Positions 53,210 through 62,518 of a stretch of DNA of 64,000 nucleotides are shown one piece after another. Position 1 is the stretch's first letter. Each line of letters starts with the position of its first letter. Source of the DNA: a virus (Duplodnaviria > Heunggongvirae > Uroviricota > Caudoviricetes); IMG/VR virus record IMGVR_UViG_3300038492_000581, positions 25,815-89,814 of that record; one strand, written 5' to 3'. The translations under genes were made by a program, and so were the position numbers. Below the pieces are notes generated by a model. It was not told the origin of the DNA. It did not search any database and worked only from the letters and a program-made list of their open reading frames with translations.

Positions 53210-53556
53210 GCAAGATAATAATAGAGGTTGACACTGACGACGTTGAATATTTGATAAACTGTTTGCCGGAAACAATTTCGGTTCGCGGCAATCTTATCGC
53301 GTCGGGTGATGATGTATACGATGAAGAAATGGAAAACCGGGTTCTTGACGAACTGGAATTCAACCCTTGGGCCTGGTGCATTGTTAAAGTGACCGCCAAG
53401 CTTGGGCCCTACGAAGGAGAGGCATTTCTCGGCGGTTGCTCGTACTCCTCAAAACAATCTTTCCTTGAGGATGGCGGCGGATACTTCTTAGCACTTAAAG
53501 AAGAGGCCCGAGAGGACTTGATGCGGCAACTTCGTGCGATTATGGAAAAGTCATGA
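53206..53556 (+). CDS. hypothetical acidic protein
   Basis: 116 aa. Confidence 0.45.
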   Translation: MSKIIIEVDTDDVEYLINCLPETISVRGNLIASGDDVYDEEMENRVLDELEFNPWAWCIVKVTAKLGPYEGEAFLGGCSYSSKQSFLEDGGGYFLALKEEAREDLMRQLRAIMEKS

Positions 53557-53809
53557 TTTATTTCATCGTTACAAAGATTCAATTGCATTTAAGTTTACAG
53601 CGGTTGTCGAGGAGAGTCGCATCATTCGAGTTTTGGCCCGAGTGTTGATTTCTGCCACGATTGTTGATCAATTGAACCGAGAAGGGTTTGACGTTCACGA
53701 TTTCAACATCGTGGGTCAAGATGCTGGGGCCGATTTGGAAGAAGTGGCCGTTTCCGAACTCTGCGGCCAAATCTTGGGAGACCTTGTTTTGAAGCATACG
53801 GAGAAATGA
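53534..53809 (+). CDS. hypothetical protein (GTG start)
   Basis: 91 aa track ORF overlapping the end of the upstream gene. Confidence 0.25.
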   Translation: MRLWKSHDLFHRYKDSIAFKFTAVVEESRIIRVLARVLISATIVDQLNREGFDVHDFNIVGQDAGADLEEVAVSELCGQILGDLVLKHTEK

Positions 53810-54464
53810 GGAAATGGTCTATTTCAAGCTTGATCGAGCGAACGGAAATCCCATTTATGTTCATGGCGACGACATTTCGGCCATCGAAATTGACAGCCAA
53901 GAGGACGCCGAATAGACGCCAGCAAAAGGAGGCCGTGAGACGCCCATAAATCGTCCGAGACGCCATTTCGTTGTCGTTGTGATTCGCGGCACCCTTGTTC
54001 TCTTTTCACTGTACAAAGGCATTTAAGCATGATTTCAGACAACCTATCGGGCCTTCTCGCCGAGAGACTTAGGAACCTAAAAGCGGACTTGAGATTGAAG
54101 GGATTTTCCGATAAAGACGCTCAAGAATTGTTGGTTGCTATGTCGAAAGGTTTGTTGGTGGAGGTTGTTCGCGACGGACGTAAGTAGCTGAGAATAAAGA
54201 TTCTCGGTTGGGCGAACGTGGGAAATTTTTTCTTTTTGGATACAGAGAATCATGATTCAAGATTTCCAAATTCAACAACTCTCTTCTAAAACAAGAGAAT
54301 TGTACTTAGCGTTATTGAGTAGGGGGTTTGGGGAGGGGGATGCGTTGATTGCTATGATTGTGGAGGTTGCGAAGGGGAATCGGGCGAAGTAGCGGCCCTC
54401 CCACCCTATCCCACAATTCCCCATTTTCTCCCACCACTCATAACCCTTTGCCTGTAGCCACCTT

Positions 54465-54791
54465 ATGATCCTCCCAATCGACATCATCCACCTCCTAATC
54501 ATCGCCATATTCGCCCTCTCCATGGGGCTTTTCGCTGGAAAACCTCGTCATGCTCATGGGTATTATTGTTTGTTTTGTTTTGATTGGGGTAGTAGAGTTT
54601 GCCGCAGAATCTGCGGTGTCTTGGTAAAGGGAATGAAAAATTCCCAAGGGTCATTAAACTCGGTACCACAAAACACCACCAAATACCGCATAATCTTCGG
54701 AAAACACGCTAAAATGACCTTTTTCATCATGCTTGGACTAACTTTGGTCTATTTCTTCTGGCAACCTCCCTACCAGGGAATTGCAGACTAA
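54465..54791 (+). CDS. possible small membrane protein
   Basis: 108 aa with a hydrophobic N terminus and a Cys-rich segment. Confidence 0.25.
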   Translation: MILPIDIIHLLIIAIFALSMGLFAGKPRHAHGYYCLFCFDWGSRVCRRICGVLVKGMKNSQGSLNSVPQNTTKYRIIFGKHAKMTFFIMLGLTLVYFFWQPPYQGIAD

Positions 54792-54896
54792 ATTCCAAAT
54801 AAGTCTCAAGGCCGGCTTGACTCTTGCCGATAAAGAGAGTAGACTGATACAGAACAGAGCAGATTAGCTCACAAATAACAAAATCTGGAGAAACAC

Positions 54897-55172
54897 ATGA
54901 ACCTCGTCATCAAGACCCGCACCACTGCTTCCATCGACATTCCCTTCGGTCCTCGCAATGCTGTTGCCGAAACCGAAACCGCCGAGGCACGTCCCGCCAT
55001 CGCTTTCGAAAACTCCGCCGCCGCCATCGTGCAGGCTGTCCTCAATGGCGACGACGATTTTATCGCTCAGGTTCGCGACAACCTTCCGGGCAGCATCGAC
55101 CCCGAGTCCATCAACGTTTCCGCTTCACGTGGCAACTTTGTGGTCGATTTCGAACAGACCTATGAGGGGTAA
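54897..55172 (+). CDS. hypothetical protein
   Basis: TGGAGAAACACATG RBS. 91 aa. Confidence 0.45.
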   Translation: MNLVIKTRTTASIDIPFGPRNAVAETETAEARPAIAFENSAAAIVQAVLNGDDDFIAQVRDNLPGSIDPESINVSASRGNFVVDFEQTYEG

Positions 55173-55446
55173 TCCATATTATTTGTGTACCGGGGATCTA
55201 AAAATATTGATTCTCGGTACACCAATAAAAAGGAATTAAGTGTAGTATACCTTCCCTCGCGACCGGCCGGAGTCCTACGCCGATTCTGCGATTGCCAAAA
55301 ATCGTAGAAGTATCCAGCCCGCCCTTTAAGAGCTTTTGGCCGGTCGCCCCTCCTCTCTTGCATTTTCATGCAGAGCCACACCAGACGGACAGTGGCTAAA
55401 CACCCAGCACATATTCACCCATCGGGTAAAATATCCCCGTTCCCAC

Positions 55447-55496
55447 ATCGACATTCTTGAGCAATGTCTTAACCTGAACATTCGGGGCAAGTTAAG
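55447..55496 (+). repeat. 50-nt exact direct repeat, copy 2
   Basis: Identical to 51347..51396. Lies immediately upstream of an AAGGGGAG RBS and an ATG at 55507. Confidence 0.9.
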
Positions 55497-55552
55497 GGGA
55501 GAAATCATGAAAAAGCTTGAATCCTATAAAGCGACATTGCAGAAAGGACGAT

Positions 55553-55705
55553 ATGTACTATGTGAGAGATACGATAACCGGGATGCTGTTTCCCGGGGCG
55601 GAGTTTACAACTGATTACGAGGCACAAAAATTCGTTGAGCAATTTGCGAATCTCGAAATCTTAACAGAAAGTCAGTGGACAGAAAGTGATGACGCACGAA
55701 GGTAG
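55553..55705 (+). CDS. hypothetical small acidic protein
   Basis: MYYVRDTITGMLFPGAEFTTDYEAQKFVEQFANLEIL. The alternative overlapping ORF 55507..55614 (MKKLESYKATLQ...) has the stronger RBS, so I cannot decide between them. Confidence 0.25.
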   Translation: MYYVRDTITGMLFPGAEFTTDYEAQKFVEQFANLEILTESQWTESDDARR

Positions 55706-55958
55706 TAAATCTTTCAAAAAAGGTTGCTTGACAAAACAGGGACTCTCAGTAGACCTCGTAAACATTCTAACTTTCGGTGGACGCCGAAACGGATTCACCT
55801 TTGCCGAATCTATCATCACCATTATGTCCGCGAGCATGCTTGGAGCGACATTTGTTTTTCGCAATGTATGAAAAACTAAAAGAATGCATTGAGTCGGGAA
55901 TCCATCTTGAGAGTTGCGACGACGATGGATATTGCAACAATTGTGGAGAACAGTGAAA

Positions 55959-56351
55959 ATGACTTTGATGGAAGCTTTGGCGGAATACTTCGCCGGAAAT
56001 CTTGATGGTATCATTACGCCTGATGTGGCTGCCGAAATGATTACGAAAACCGGTGGCACGGGTCAGGTTTTCGCGGTATCATTCTATAAGAAAGGAAAGA
56101 AGAATGGGGAAGGAAAGAATGACCTGCGGGAGATGAGGTGTCGTCTTGGCTCGACCGTTAAAAAGGGTCTGTCAGGTGGCCCGGCTGTATATAAACCCGA
56201 CGAACATGGGCTGATTTGGTCCTATCTGATGGCCGGAGACGAACGCCGCAACGATGATGACAAAAACCGTCGATCCATTTCGGTTTCGGGTATAACAAGA
56301 TTGGCTATCGGTGGACGCACGTATCACGTAACAGGAAATCGGCATCATTAA
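55959..56351 (+). CDS. hypothetical protein
   Basis: Internal start MTLMEALAEYF with a GGAGAA RBS. Confidence 0.4.
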   Translation: MTLMEALAEYFAGNLDGIITPDVAAEMITKTGGTGQVFAVSFYKKGKKNGEGKNDLREMRCRLGSTVKKGLSGGPAVYKPDEHGLIWSYLMAGDERRNDDDKNRRSISVSGITRLAIGGRTYHVTGNRHH

Positions 56352-56502
56352 TGTGGAAAGAGGTAATAGATCGAATAAGAGACAGGGCGTTGAAGGCTAA
56401 TCCAAGGGATGAAATTCGGATAGAGCTATTGTATAAAAAAGCTTTGTCTAAAGGGCCAGATGCCGAAAAAGCTATTGAATCCCTCAGAAAGATTGCGGAT
56501 CG

Positions 56503-57216
56503 ATGAGGCAATTAACAAAGCCCGGGAACAAAAAGACAGGCATAAATACGACTCGGCACTTTTCATTGCCAAGCGGGCCAACGTGTCCAGGTGAAACTGA
56601 AACTTGTGCAAGTCAATGTTATGTCAAAAAAATGGTAAAGCTGCGTCCGAACGTTGGCGATTCGTATCAATCAAACCTCGATTTTATCGAGGAATACGGC
56701 TTGGATAAGTTTGCAAAAGCCATCAATGGGGAGCTTGCATGCTTCCGTGGTGACTTTCGAATTCACGTCTCGGGAGATTTTTATTCCCCCGAATATGTGT
56801 ATGCGTGGGCCAATATTGTTTTGGCGAATCCCGAGATTCAGTTTTGGACGTACACACGTTCTTGGCTTGTTGGTAGGGACATGCTTGAGGCCCTTAAGAT
56901 ACTTGGATCTTGTGTCAACATGAATTTGTGGGCCAGTCTCGACCGCGACACGGGCGATAGTTCGCTAATCGTTGATTGGCCAAGAGCCTATCTTTCGCTT
57001 GAAGACAGTGACGTGCCGACGCACGCGGTCGAGATGGTCTTTCGAAACAATGGCTCTAAAAAGAGCAAAGATCATGTCAGAAAGCTTGCGGGCAACCAAG
57101 TCTGTCCGCTTGAAAGCGGAAGGAAGTACCCGCATGTTTCTTGTGCATCATGTCGGCTTTGTGTTGACAAAATTACGGAGACAAAAGCTAAAGTCGTCGC
57201 TTTGTGCAGTCGATAA
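56503..57216 (+). CDS. hypothetical Cys-rich protein
   Basis: 237 aa. CPGETETCASQC and CPLESG...CASCRLC clusters. Confidence 0.45.
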   Translation: MRQLTKPGNKKTGINTTRHFSLPSGPTCPGETETCASQCYVKKMVKLRPNVGDSYQSNLDFIEEYGLDKFAKAINGELACFRGDFRIHVSGDFYSPEYVYAWANIVLANPEIQFWTYTRSWLVGRDMLEALKILGSCVNMNLWASLDRDTGDSSLIVDWPRAYLSLEDSDVPTHAVEMVFRNNGSKKSKDHVRKLAGNQVCPLESGRKYPHVSCASCRLCVDKITETKAKVVALCSR

Positions 57217-57253
57217 GCTATAATAGAACAAAACAACGCGACGGAGTAAAGCC

Positions 57254-57430
57254 ATGACGACCACGATACCCGACAACGATAGGGTTTCTGCCCAAAAAGA
57301 ACTTTTGGCCGATGCCGACGCACACAGAGTGAGGGCCGACGTCGAACGTATCGACCTCGATATTGCCAAACGCGAGACCGAGATAGAGGATTTGAGGGCT
57401 AAGCGGGACCGAATTCTTGCCGAACGATAA
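57254..57430 (+). CDS. small coiled-coil protein (58 aa, not in the track)
   Basis: GGAGTAAAG RBS then MTTTIPDNDRVSAQKELLADADAHRV... Confidence 0.35.
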   Translation: MTTTIPDNDRVSAQKELLADADAHRVRADVERIDLDIAKRETEIEDLRAKRDRILAER

Positions 57431-57436
57431 TTTTCC

Positions 57437-57472
57437 GACCTCCGGCGTGATCTCGTGCTATACTTCTAATGT
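57437..57472 (+). promoter_or_regulatory. conserved promoter-like motif, copy 1 (GACCTCC-N15-TATACTTCTAATGT)
   Basis: Shares the GACCTCC and 14-nt TATACTTCTAATGT blocks with 57632..57670. Each copy precedes a small ORF. Confidence 0.4.
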
Positions 57473-57631
57473 GAGGGGCAAACGTCCCCCTCACAGAAAC
57501 ACGCAACACGAGGAAACGACATGAGCACAGTATGGAAGCCGACATACAAAGAAGCGATCAAAGCCGCTAAAGGTGATGTAAAGGCTATCCATATTGACCC
57601 GTGTGGCGGATTTATTATTCGCAAATAAAAA

Positions 57632-57670
57632 GACCTCCTCGGACGCAATTCTGTGTTATACTTCTAATGT
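57632..57670 (+). promoter_or_regulatory. conserved promoter-like motif, copy 2 (GACCTCC-N18-TATACTTCTAATGT)
   Basis: See copy 1. Followed by the RBS and ATG at 57701. Confidence 0.4.
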
Positions 57671-57700
57671 AAGACAAACACAACTGGTGAGAGAACAAAC

Positions 57701-57883
57701 ATGAGTCACAATGACGCACGCAAAGCCCTAACGCAAGCAGAAATCGACGCCCTTCGCACTTCGATCGCGTTCGCTAAGATGTTTGGCGATACTGACACTC
57801 TGTCACGCCTGCGTCAAGAGGTTATTTCGTATCAAGATCTCGGGCAAGCACACGACGAGATTATGGCCGCTTTTGCCGCATAG
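57701..57883 (+). CDS. hypothetical small protein
   Basis: 60 aa track ORF. Confidence 0.4.
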   Translation: MSHNDARKALTQAEIDALRTSIAFAKMFGDTDTLSRLRQEVISYQDLGQAHDEIMAAFAA

Positions 57884-57892
57884 GAGAAATCA

Positions 57893-58066
57893 TGAGCTAC
57901 AACCGCACAACTCTGATGGATCTCGAATTCGCCGATCTTAAGCAAGCTGTCGTTGCCGAGCGACCCGTCTTTCCCTACCCCGCTCCGGATGCGGCGGACA
58001 AGGCGATTGAGGCGGGGGAGATCTGGGCGGCTATGGTGGCCGACGAAAATCGTCGTCAAGGGTAAT
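57893..58066 (+). CDS. hypothetical small protein (57 aa, not in the track)
   Basis: GGAGAAATC RBS then MSYNRTTLMDLEFADLKQ... Confidence 0.3.
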
Positions 58067-58285
58067 TTGACTGGTCTTGATTCTGAGTGTGATCTTTATT
58101 CATCGCTCAAAGAACTTGAGGAAAATGTGGTGTGACGGGTGATTATACAGACCCCCCAGGGGTTTTTTCACTCTAAGAGAATACCCACCGGGTGGGATTT
58201 CTCCCATGGGGCCACACAACACAGCCCCATATTTTTGCTACTCAAGTCCCACAACCATTTGGGTGTTTCAAACATCTCTTCGAGC

Positions 58286-58558
58286 TTAGCGAGTTTCATA
58301 AAAAACATGCACCTCAAAAATCAAATCGCCTTTGGGAATTTCCATGTAGGGCACATCGTCCAGCACCACTCTGTGAATATCATATTCAGCCTTCTCCTCC
58401 CAGCGAGATAGCACACAGTAGTCAATCAAACTCATGTCGTCGGTCATGAACTCCAGCATTGCATCAAGTGCATCTATCTTTTCGGGATGTCCACCCAAAA
58501 GACCATATCCCTTTGGGATATCTGTAAAACGCTTTAGTTCAATTATCTTCTTTTTCAT
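58286..58558 (-). CDS. hypothetical protein, paralog of the 58950..59210 product
   Basis: MKKKIIELKRF...VHVFYETR versus MRKKTIEVKREL...AEIYYERSE. Confidence 0.45.
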   Translation of the reverse strand: MKKKIIELKRFTDIPKGYGLLGGHPEKIDALDAMLEFMTDDMSLIDYCVLSRWEEKAEYDIHRVVLDDVPYMEIPKGDLIFEVHVFYETR

Positions 58559-58950
58559 AGGTCTTGGGCTTCAGAGTCCAACATTGCCAGGATAGACATA
58601 ATGACAAAAGAGCTAAGTTCATTAGTAATGACGCCTTCGTCCAAAATACTTCGCAGTCCCTCTATCTGAACTTCTTCATCTTTATCCAAATACTTTTTGA
58701 ATTTCTTAACCAATCGTTTTGATACTTGATCTTCAGAAGCATCTGTCATCAATTCGATGAATTCATTTATAGAAGGCTTCTCTTCGTAGTTATTTAGAAA
58801 ATAACTACGAAGAATTTGTAGATCTTCTTTGGCCCCGCAAATTTCAATGGGAATTTGACAGTATTCAATTTCCAGCATCATTTTGTATAAATGAGGCGGC
58901 ACAATACTATGTGCATAAAATTTAGGTTCTGATATTGACTTGATTTTCAC
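58555..58950 (-). CDS. hypothetical protein
   Basis: 131 aa. Confidence 0.45.
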   Translation of the reverse strand: MKIKSISEPKFYAHSIVPPHLYKMMLEIEYCQIPIEICGAKEDLQILRSYFLNNYEEKPSINEFIELMTDASEDQVSKRLVKKFKKYLDKDEEVQIEGLRSILDEGVITNELSSFVIMSILAMLDSEAQDL

Positions 58951-59210
58951 TACTCGCTCCTCTCGTAATAGATTTCGGCTTTGTAAATGACATTTCGTAG
59001 CGGCAAATCGCCCGGCTCCACAAAGAAGGCTGGTTTTCTGTCGTTCGTTTCCGTTTCGGAAACGACGAAGTGTTTGATATACCTTTCGCCGTCGCTCATA
59101 TTCTCACAGACCTTCTCCATCACCTCGTGCTGAGTAGGCTTGCTAACACAGTCGACATGTCTTCCAAGAACATTAAGTTCACGTTTTACTTCAATCGTTT
59201 TCTTTCGCAC
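58950..59210 (-). CDS. hypothetical protein, paralog of the 58286..58558 product
   Basis: See the 58286..58558 entry. Confidence 0.45.
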   Translation of the reverse strand: MRKKTIEVKRELNVLGRHVDCVSKPTQHEVMEKVCENMSDGERYIKHFVVSETETNDRKPAFFVEPGDLPLRNVIYKAEIYYERSE

Positions 59211-59445
59211 CTGATAATATCTCGTCTACTTCATCAATTGCAATCAAAGCATCATACAATTTTCTTTGTATCATAGAATCCGGAGGATAAGTTTGATGCA
59301 CACTGACACTGCCATTGTGTTCCTGGCCTTCTGGGCCAGGATGATATATTGAGTGATGAAATCCTTCCAACATCACTTGTGCAATTCTTATCTCTGCCAT
59401 TGCTTTAGCAAGGCTGATACGAGGGTCTTGTTGGTTGTTAACCAT
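59191..59445 (-). CDS. hypothetical protein
   Basis: 84 aa. Confidence 0.4.
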   Translation of the reverse strand: MVNNQQDPRISLAKAMAEIRIAQVMLEGFHHSIYHPGPEGQEHNGSVSVHQTYPPDSMIQRKLYDALIAIDEVDEILSGAKEND

Positions 59446-59701
59446 TACTGTTATTTCTCATAAAAGGTGCCTCTATATTTTGACTTTTCATGTAACCCAA
59501 AAGCGATCGCACTTCAGGCTCCAAATCTGTACGGGCTAACTGCTTGTCCAAAAATATTCCAATCACTCGGACGTAAATGGGGCATCCCGAAGTATGTCCA
59601 TACTTTCGAATACCGGATTCCGAAATGCGACAAAACGCACAAGCTTCAAAATCGGCTGTCTCCCAAAGAGATATTCTGGGATAGTCTTCGCTTATACTCA
59701 T
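59438..59701 (-). CDS. hypothetical Cys-containing protein
   Basis: 87 aa. Confidence 0.4.
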   Translation of the reverse strand: MSISEDYPRISLWETADFEACAFCRISESGIRKYGHTSGCPIYVRVIGIFLDKQLARTDLEPEVRSLLGYMKSQNIEAPFMRNNSNG

Positions 59702-59961
59702 TGCTTCTCCAGGACTATCTGATTATGTTCCACAATCACAACCTTCCACCCCGCTTTGCCCCACTTTTCCAAAAGAGTTTTTCGAGCTACATCAGTATAA
59801 ACACTGACCACCTCTTGGCGTCCTGGATCAGCAAATTCTGGCGGTTCAGGCACAGTCGTAAAATTGTTAGGCAAGTGACGCAAACCAATCACGACTGCCA
59901 CAAAAAGTGTAATGGCGGCCAGAAACATAATGGTAACTCTTATACGGCGAATCATCGTCAA
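59698..59961 (-). CDS. membrane-anchored protein with a C-terminal KWGKAGWKVV domain
   Basis: Paralog of the 22220..22567 product. Confidence 0.4.
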   Translation of the reverse strand: MTMIRRIRVTIMFLAAITLFVAVVIGLRHLPNNFTTVPEPPEFADPGRQEVVSVYTDVARKTLLEKWGKAGWKVVIVEHNQIVLEKQ

Positions 59962-60323
59962 ATCACTCCTGTAACAGAGGCCATTTCATTTGCCACGAGC
60001 ATGTATAAAGCATCTCGCACTTCGTCGGCAGACATTCCGCGATTTTCACCATTTTTGATGCAGTAAGCATCAACAGCATCAATGACTTCGTCAAAATTGA
60101 GCAGCTTTTCGTAGTCCAGTCGGTATAGCACAATCTGTGCAGTTCTGGGCAGATCCCAATAAACTTCGGCACGTTCCAAAGTAGGTCGCAGACGCAAATA
60201 CTTTCGATGCCGATCTTCCTGATCTTCTATTATTTTGTTTGCTCTAACAAGCCAATCTTCCAAGGCAGTTCGTCTTGGATTGGAAGTTAAGGCTCTCATG
60301 AAACTTGTGCCGAAAGATTTCAT
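59958..60323 (-). CDS. hypothetical protein
   Basis: 121 aa. Confidence 0.4.
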   Translation of the reverse strand: MKSFGTSFMRALTSNPRRTALEDWLVRANKIIEDQEDRHRKYLRLRPTLERAEVYWDLPRTAQIVLYRLDYEKLLNFDEVIDAVDAYCIKNGENRGMSADEVRDALYMLVANEMASVTGVI

Positions 60324-60332
60324 AGGTGTTAA

Positions 60333-60653
60333 TTATTGTGGCGACAAACAATCCTGATGAGCTACCATATGCTTGTCAATCTTTTGCAAAATTTCCCACT
60401 GCTCCTTGGGGCTCTTTGTTAGTGCCGAACGAGCCATATCCTCAACATCTTGAGATATATCTCCGCAGGAGACAGTGAGAATTTGTAGTGTTTGCTCAAT
60501 TGCGTAATGATACCATTCAATCTCATCTTCCGAGGGAATACGTTCTGCAACTACACTGCCTCCGGCAGTGAAATACGGCCAAGACAATATGAAGATTGAT
60601 CCTATTATCACTGTTCCAAAGAACACTTTAAGCGGCGTGATTTTCATTTTCAA
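60333..60653 (-). CDS. signal-peptide/TM protein
   Basis: Hydrophobic N terminus FFGTVIIGSIFILSW. Confidence 0.4.
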   Translation of the reverse strand: MKMKITPLKVFFGTVIIGSIFILSWPYFTAGGSVVAERIPSEDEIEWYHYAIEQTLQILTVSCGDISQDVEDMARSALTKSPKEQWEILQKIDKHMVAHQDCLSPQ

Positions 60654-61678
60654 ATGAGCTTTTCGTTAAGGCCCAAGCCTGACAAAGCGTAAGAAGCGGA
60701 TGAATCTCGCACATAGCTTCGATCTGTGCCAGAGACTATCTGCTCGTACCAAGCCATAAGCTGGGCTTGGCTGACGACCGATGGTAATCCTGCTTCCTTC
60801 AAGAGTCTCTTCAGGTCGTCGCCATCCAATCCCAATGATGTTTCCCAAACATTGAACGCTTTGGTTTGTGACAGATTGTGAAGCTTGAGGACATCGAAAC
60901 AACGTCCCGGCCGCATGAGAGCCTCGTCGATATCTGTTGTGTTTTGATTTGTTGTAATAAGCATTTTGGAACTTTTACAAAAGATTCCATCACTGAAGCT
61001 GAGTAGATTGGAAACAAAAGGAGTTCTTCCGTCAAGCTCAGTGTCCATGTCATCAAAAATGACGAGGTCGTATTGTGTGCGAGCCAGTTTTGCCCATGTT
61101 TGCTGATTGGCGGCGATTTCGCTACCTTTGATGTATGCTACTCGGGAGTAGCGTCCCGATTTAAGCATCAGTCTTATAAATGACGTTTTGCCGACGCCAG
61201 GATCGCCCAGTAAAATCATAGTCGTGCTTGCTGAAGCCCCAAAAGCATCGAGCAGCTTGACCGAATCAATGTCAGCATAGAGTTCCGGAATGACTGTGCC
61301 CAACTCGTCATTGGCAACCACAATGAGTGAAGTCTCAATGCTGCCCTTGGCGTGAAAAAAGAAGTCGACCGTGACATCCCTTTTGAAAAACTTTTCAAAC
61401 TTCTTTACCACTGTCTCAAGTAATTGTAAAGAATTCGCAAAGAAAATGACGCTTCCACACCCCGAAACAAATATGGCAGCATTATCGCCTTTGTATATCG
61501 AGAAAACATCTGTCACGCACTTTTCGGTGCAGGTGCCTGCCCGGGCTTTGAAGGCTTCAAGTTTTCCGCCAGGCACATAGAAAGATCCCACCGAATACGC
61601 ATACTCGTCATCGAGTTTAGCAACCAGAGAAAGATCGATCTGACCGGTGTAACCTATATTAAAATTTACTTGTGACAT
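60650..61678 (-). CDS. AAA family ATPase
   Basis: Walker A ILLGDPGVGKTSF, Walker B LVIFDDMD and second region of homology ALMRPGRCFDV. Confidence 0.65.
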   Translation of the reverse strand: MSQVNFNIGYTGQIDLSLVAKLDDEYAYSVGSFYVPGGKLEAFKARAGTCTEKCVTDVFSIYKGDNAAIFVSGCGSVIFFANSLQLLETVVKKFEKFFKRDVTVDFFFHAKGSIETSLIVVANDELGTVIPELYADIDSVKLLDAFGASASTTMILLGDPGVGKTSFIRLMLKSGRYSRVAYIKGSEIAANQQTWAKLARTQYDLVIFDDMDTELDGRTPFVSNLLSFSDGIFCKSSKMLITTNQNTTDIDEALMRPGRCFDVLKLHNLSQTKAFNVWETSLGLDGDDLKRLLKEAGLPSVVSQAQLMAWYEQIVSGTDRSYVRDSSASYALSGLGLNEKLI

Positions 61679-62126
61679 TTGTTAGCTCGTATACCGCCAT
61701 GGAAAGTTCTTCACCAGTGGATGGGCCTTTTGGGGCCACCAACAAATCAAAAGCATACCAGTCTCGCGGAGCCCGCACCATACGCAAGGCTCGTTTATAT
61801 CCGTCGCCAAATTTTCTCCAAGGAAACCGTTTTTCGACATCGCCGTCTGGCCGCCGAATCTCAGTTGCCTCAAGCAGCACGTTTTTGGGCAATCGAAACG
61901 GACCGTAGAATTCTTGGGCGGCTTCTCTTATTTTCTGTTTGATACAAAGCTTTGCGAAGCATTCCCAAGAAGATCTATTTTCATCGAAGTATTTGGCTGC
62001 GATCATGACGGCCTCTCTACCAACTTGACAGAGGTCGTCGAATTCCAGTACATTCGATTCAGTATCGTCCGCTATTGTTCGAATATATCTTTCGAATTTC
62101 TTAACGTCGTCGGAAGACAATTCCAT
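61659..62126 (-). CDS. sigma-70 family factor-like protein (region 2)
   Basis: DLCQVGREAVMIAAKYFDENRSSWECFAKLCIKQKIREAAQ parallels the sigma region 2 pattern DLIQEGNIGLMKAVEKFDP.RG.KFSTYA.WWIRQAI. Confidence 0.5.
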   Translation of the reverse strand: MELSSDDVKKFERYIRTIADDTESNVLEFDDLCQVGREAVMIAAKYFDENRSSWECFAKLCIKQKIREAAQEFYGPFRLPKNVLLEATEIRRPDGDVEKRFPWRKFGDGYKRALRMVRAPRDWYAFDLLVAPKGPSTGEELSMAVYELTNVTSKF

Positions 62127-62409
62127 CTTCAGTTTCCCTCAAAAGATACCAGCCTTTTGTATCTGAGTTCAAGATGAAATCAGTCATTTGAGATTGAGAC
62201 ATTCCTGATGTTTCGACAAAGCACGTGTTGTTGTCGATAAATTCCACTGGCGGTATTTTACCTTCATTGGAATAAAATATTCCATTTGACATACCCTCTG
62301 TGAAGAATGCCACCGTTCCAGTGAGTAGTAATCCAACCAAAACGTATCGCCAGTTGAACATTGTGCGGTTTTTGCTGGTCATTGCCGATATCTCCTCGCG
62401 TGATTGCAT
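62101..62409 (-). CDS. small membrane protein
   Basis: 102 aa with an N-terminal TM helix. Confidence 0.4.
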   Translation of the reverse strand: MQSREEISAMTSKNRTMFNWRYVLVGLLLTGTVAFFTEGMSNGIFYSNEGKIPPVEFIDNNTCFVETSGMSQSQMTDFILNSDTKGWYLLRETEDGIVFRRR

Positions 62410-62518
62410 GCGAGTATATCATACGCCCGTTAGGGCGTCAATTAAATTTCGTCTCAATTAATATGTAAAGGGTGTACTATTGGAAGGGGCGATCGTGTCC
62501 CATCAAAAGGAGACATCT

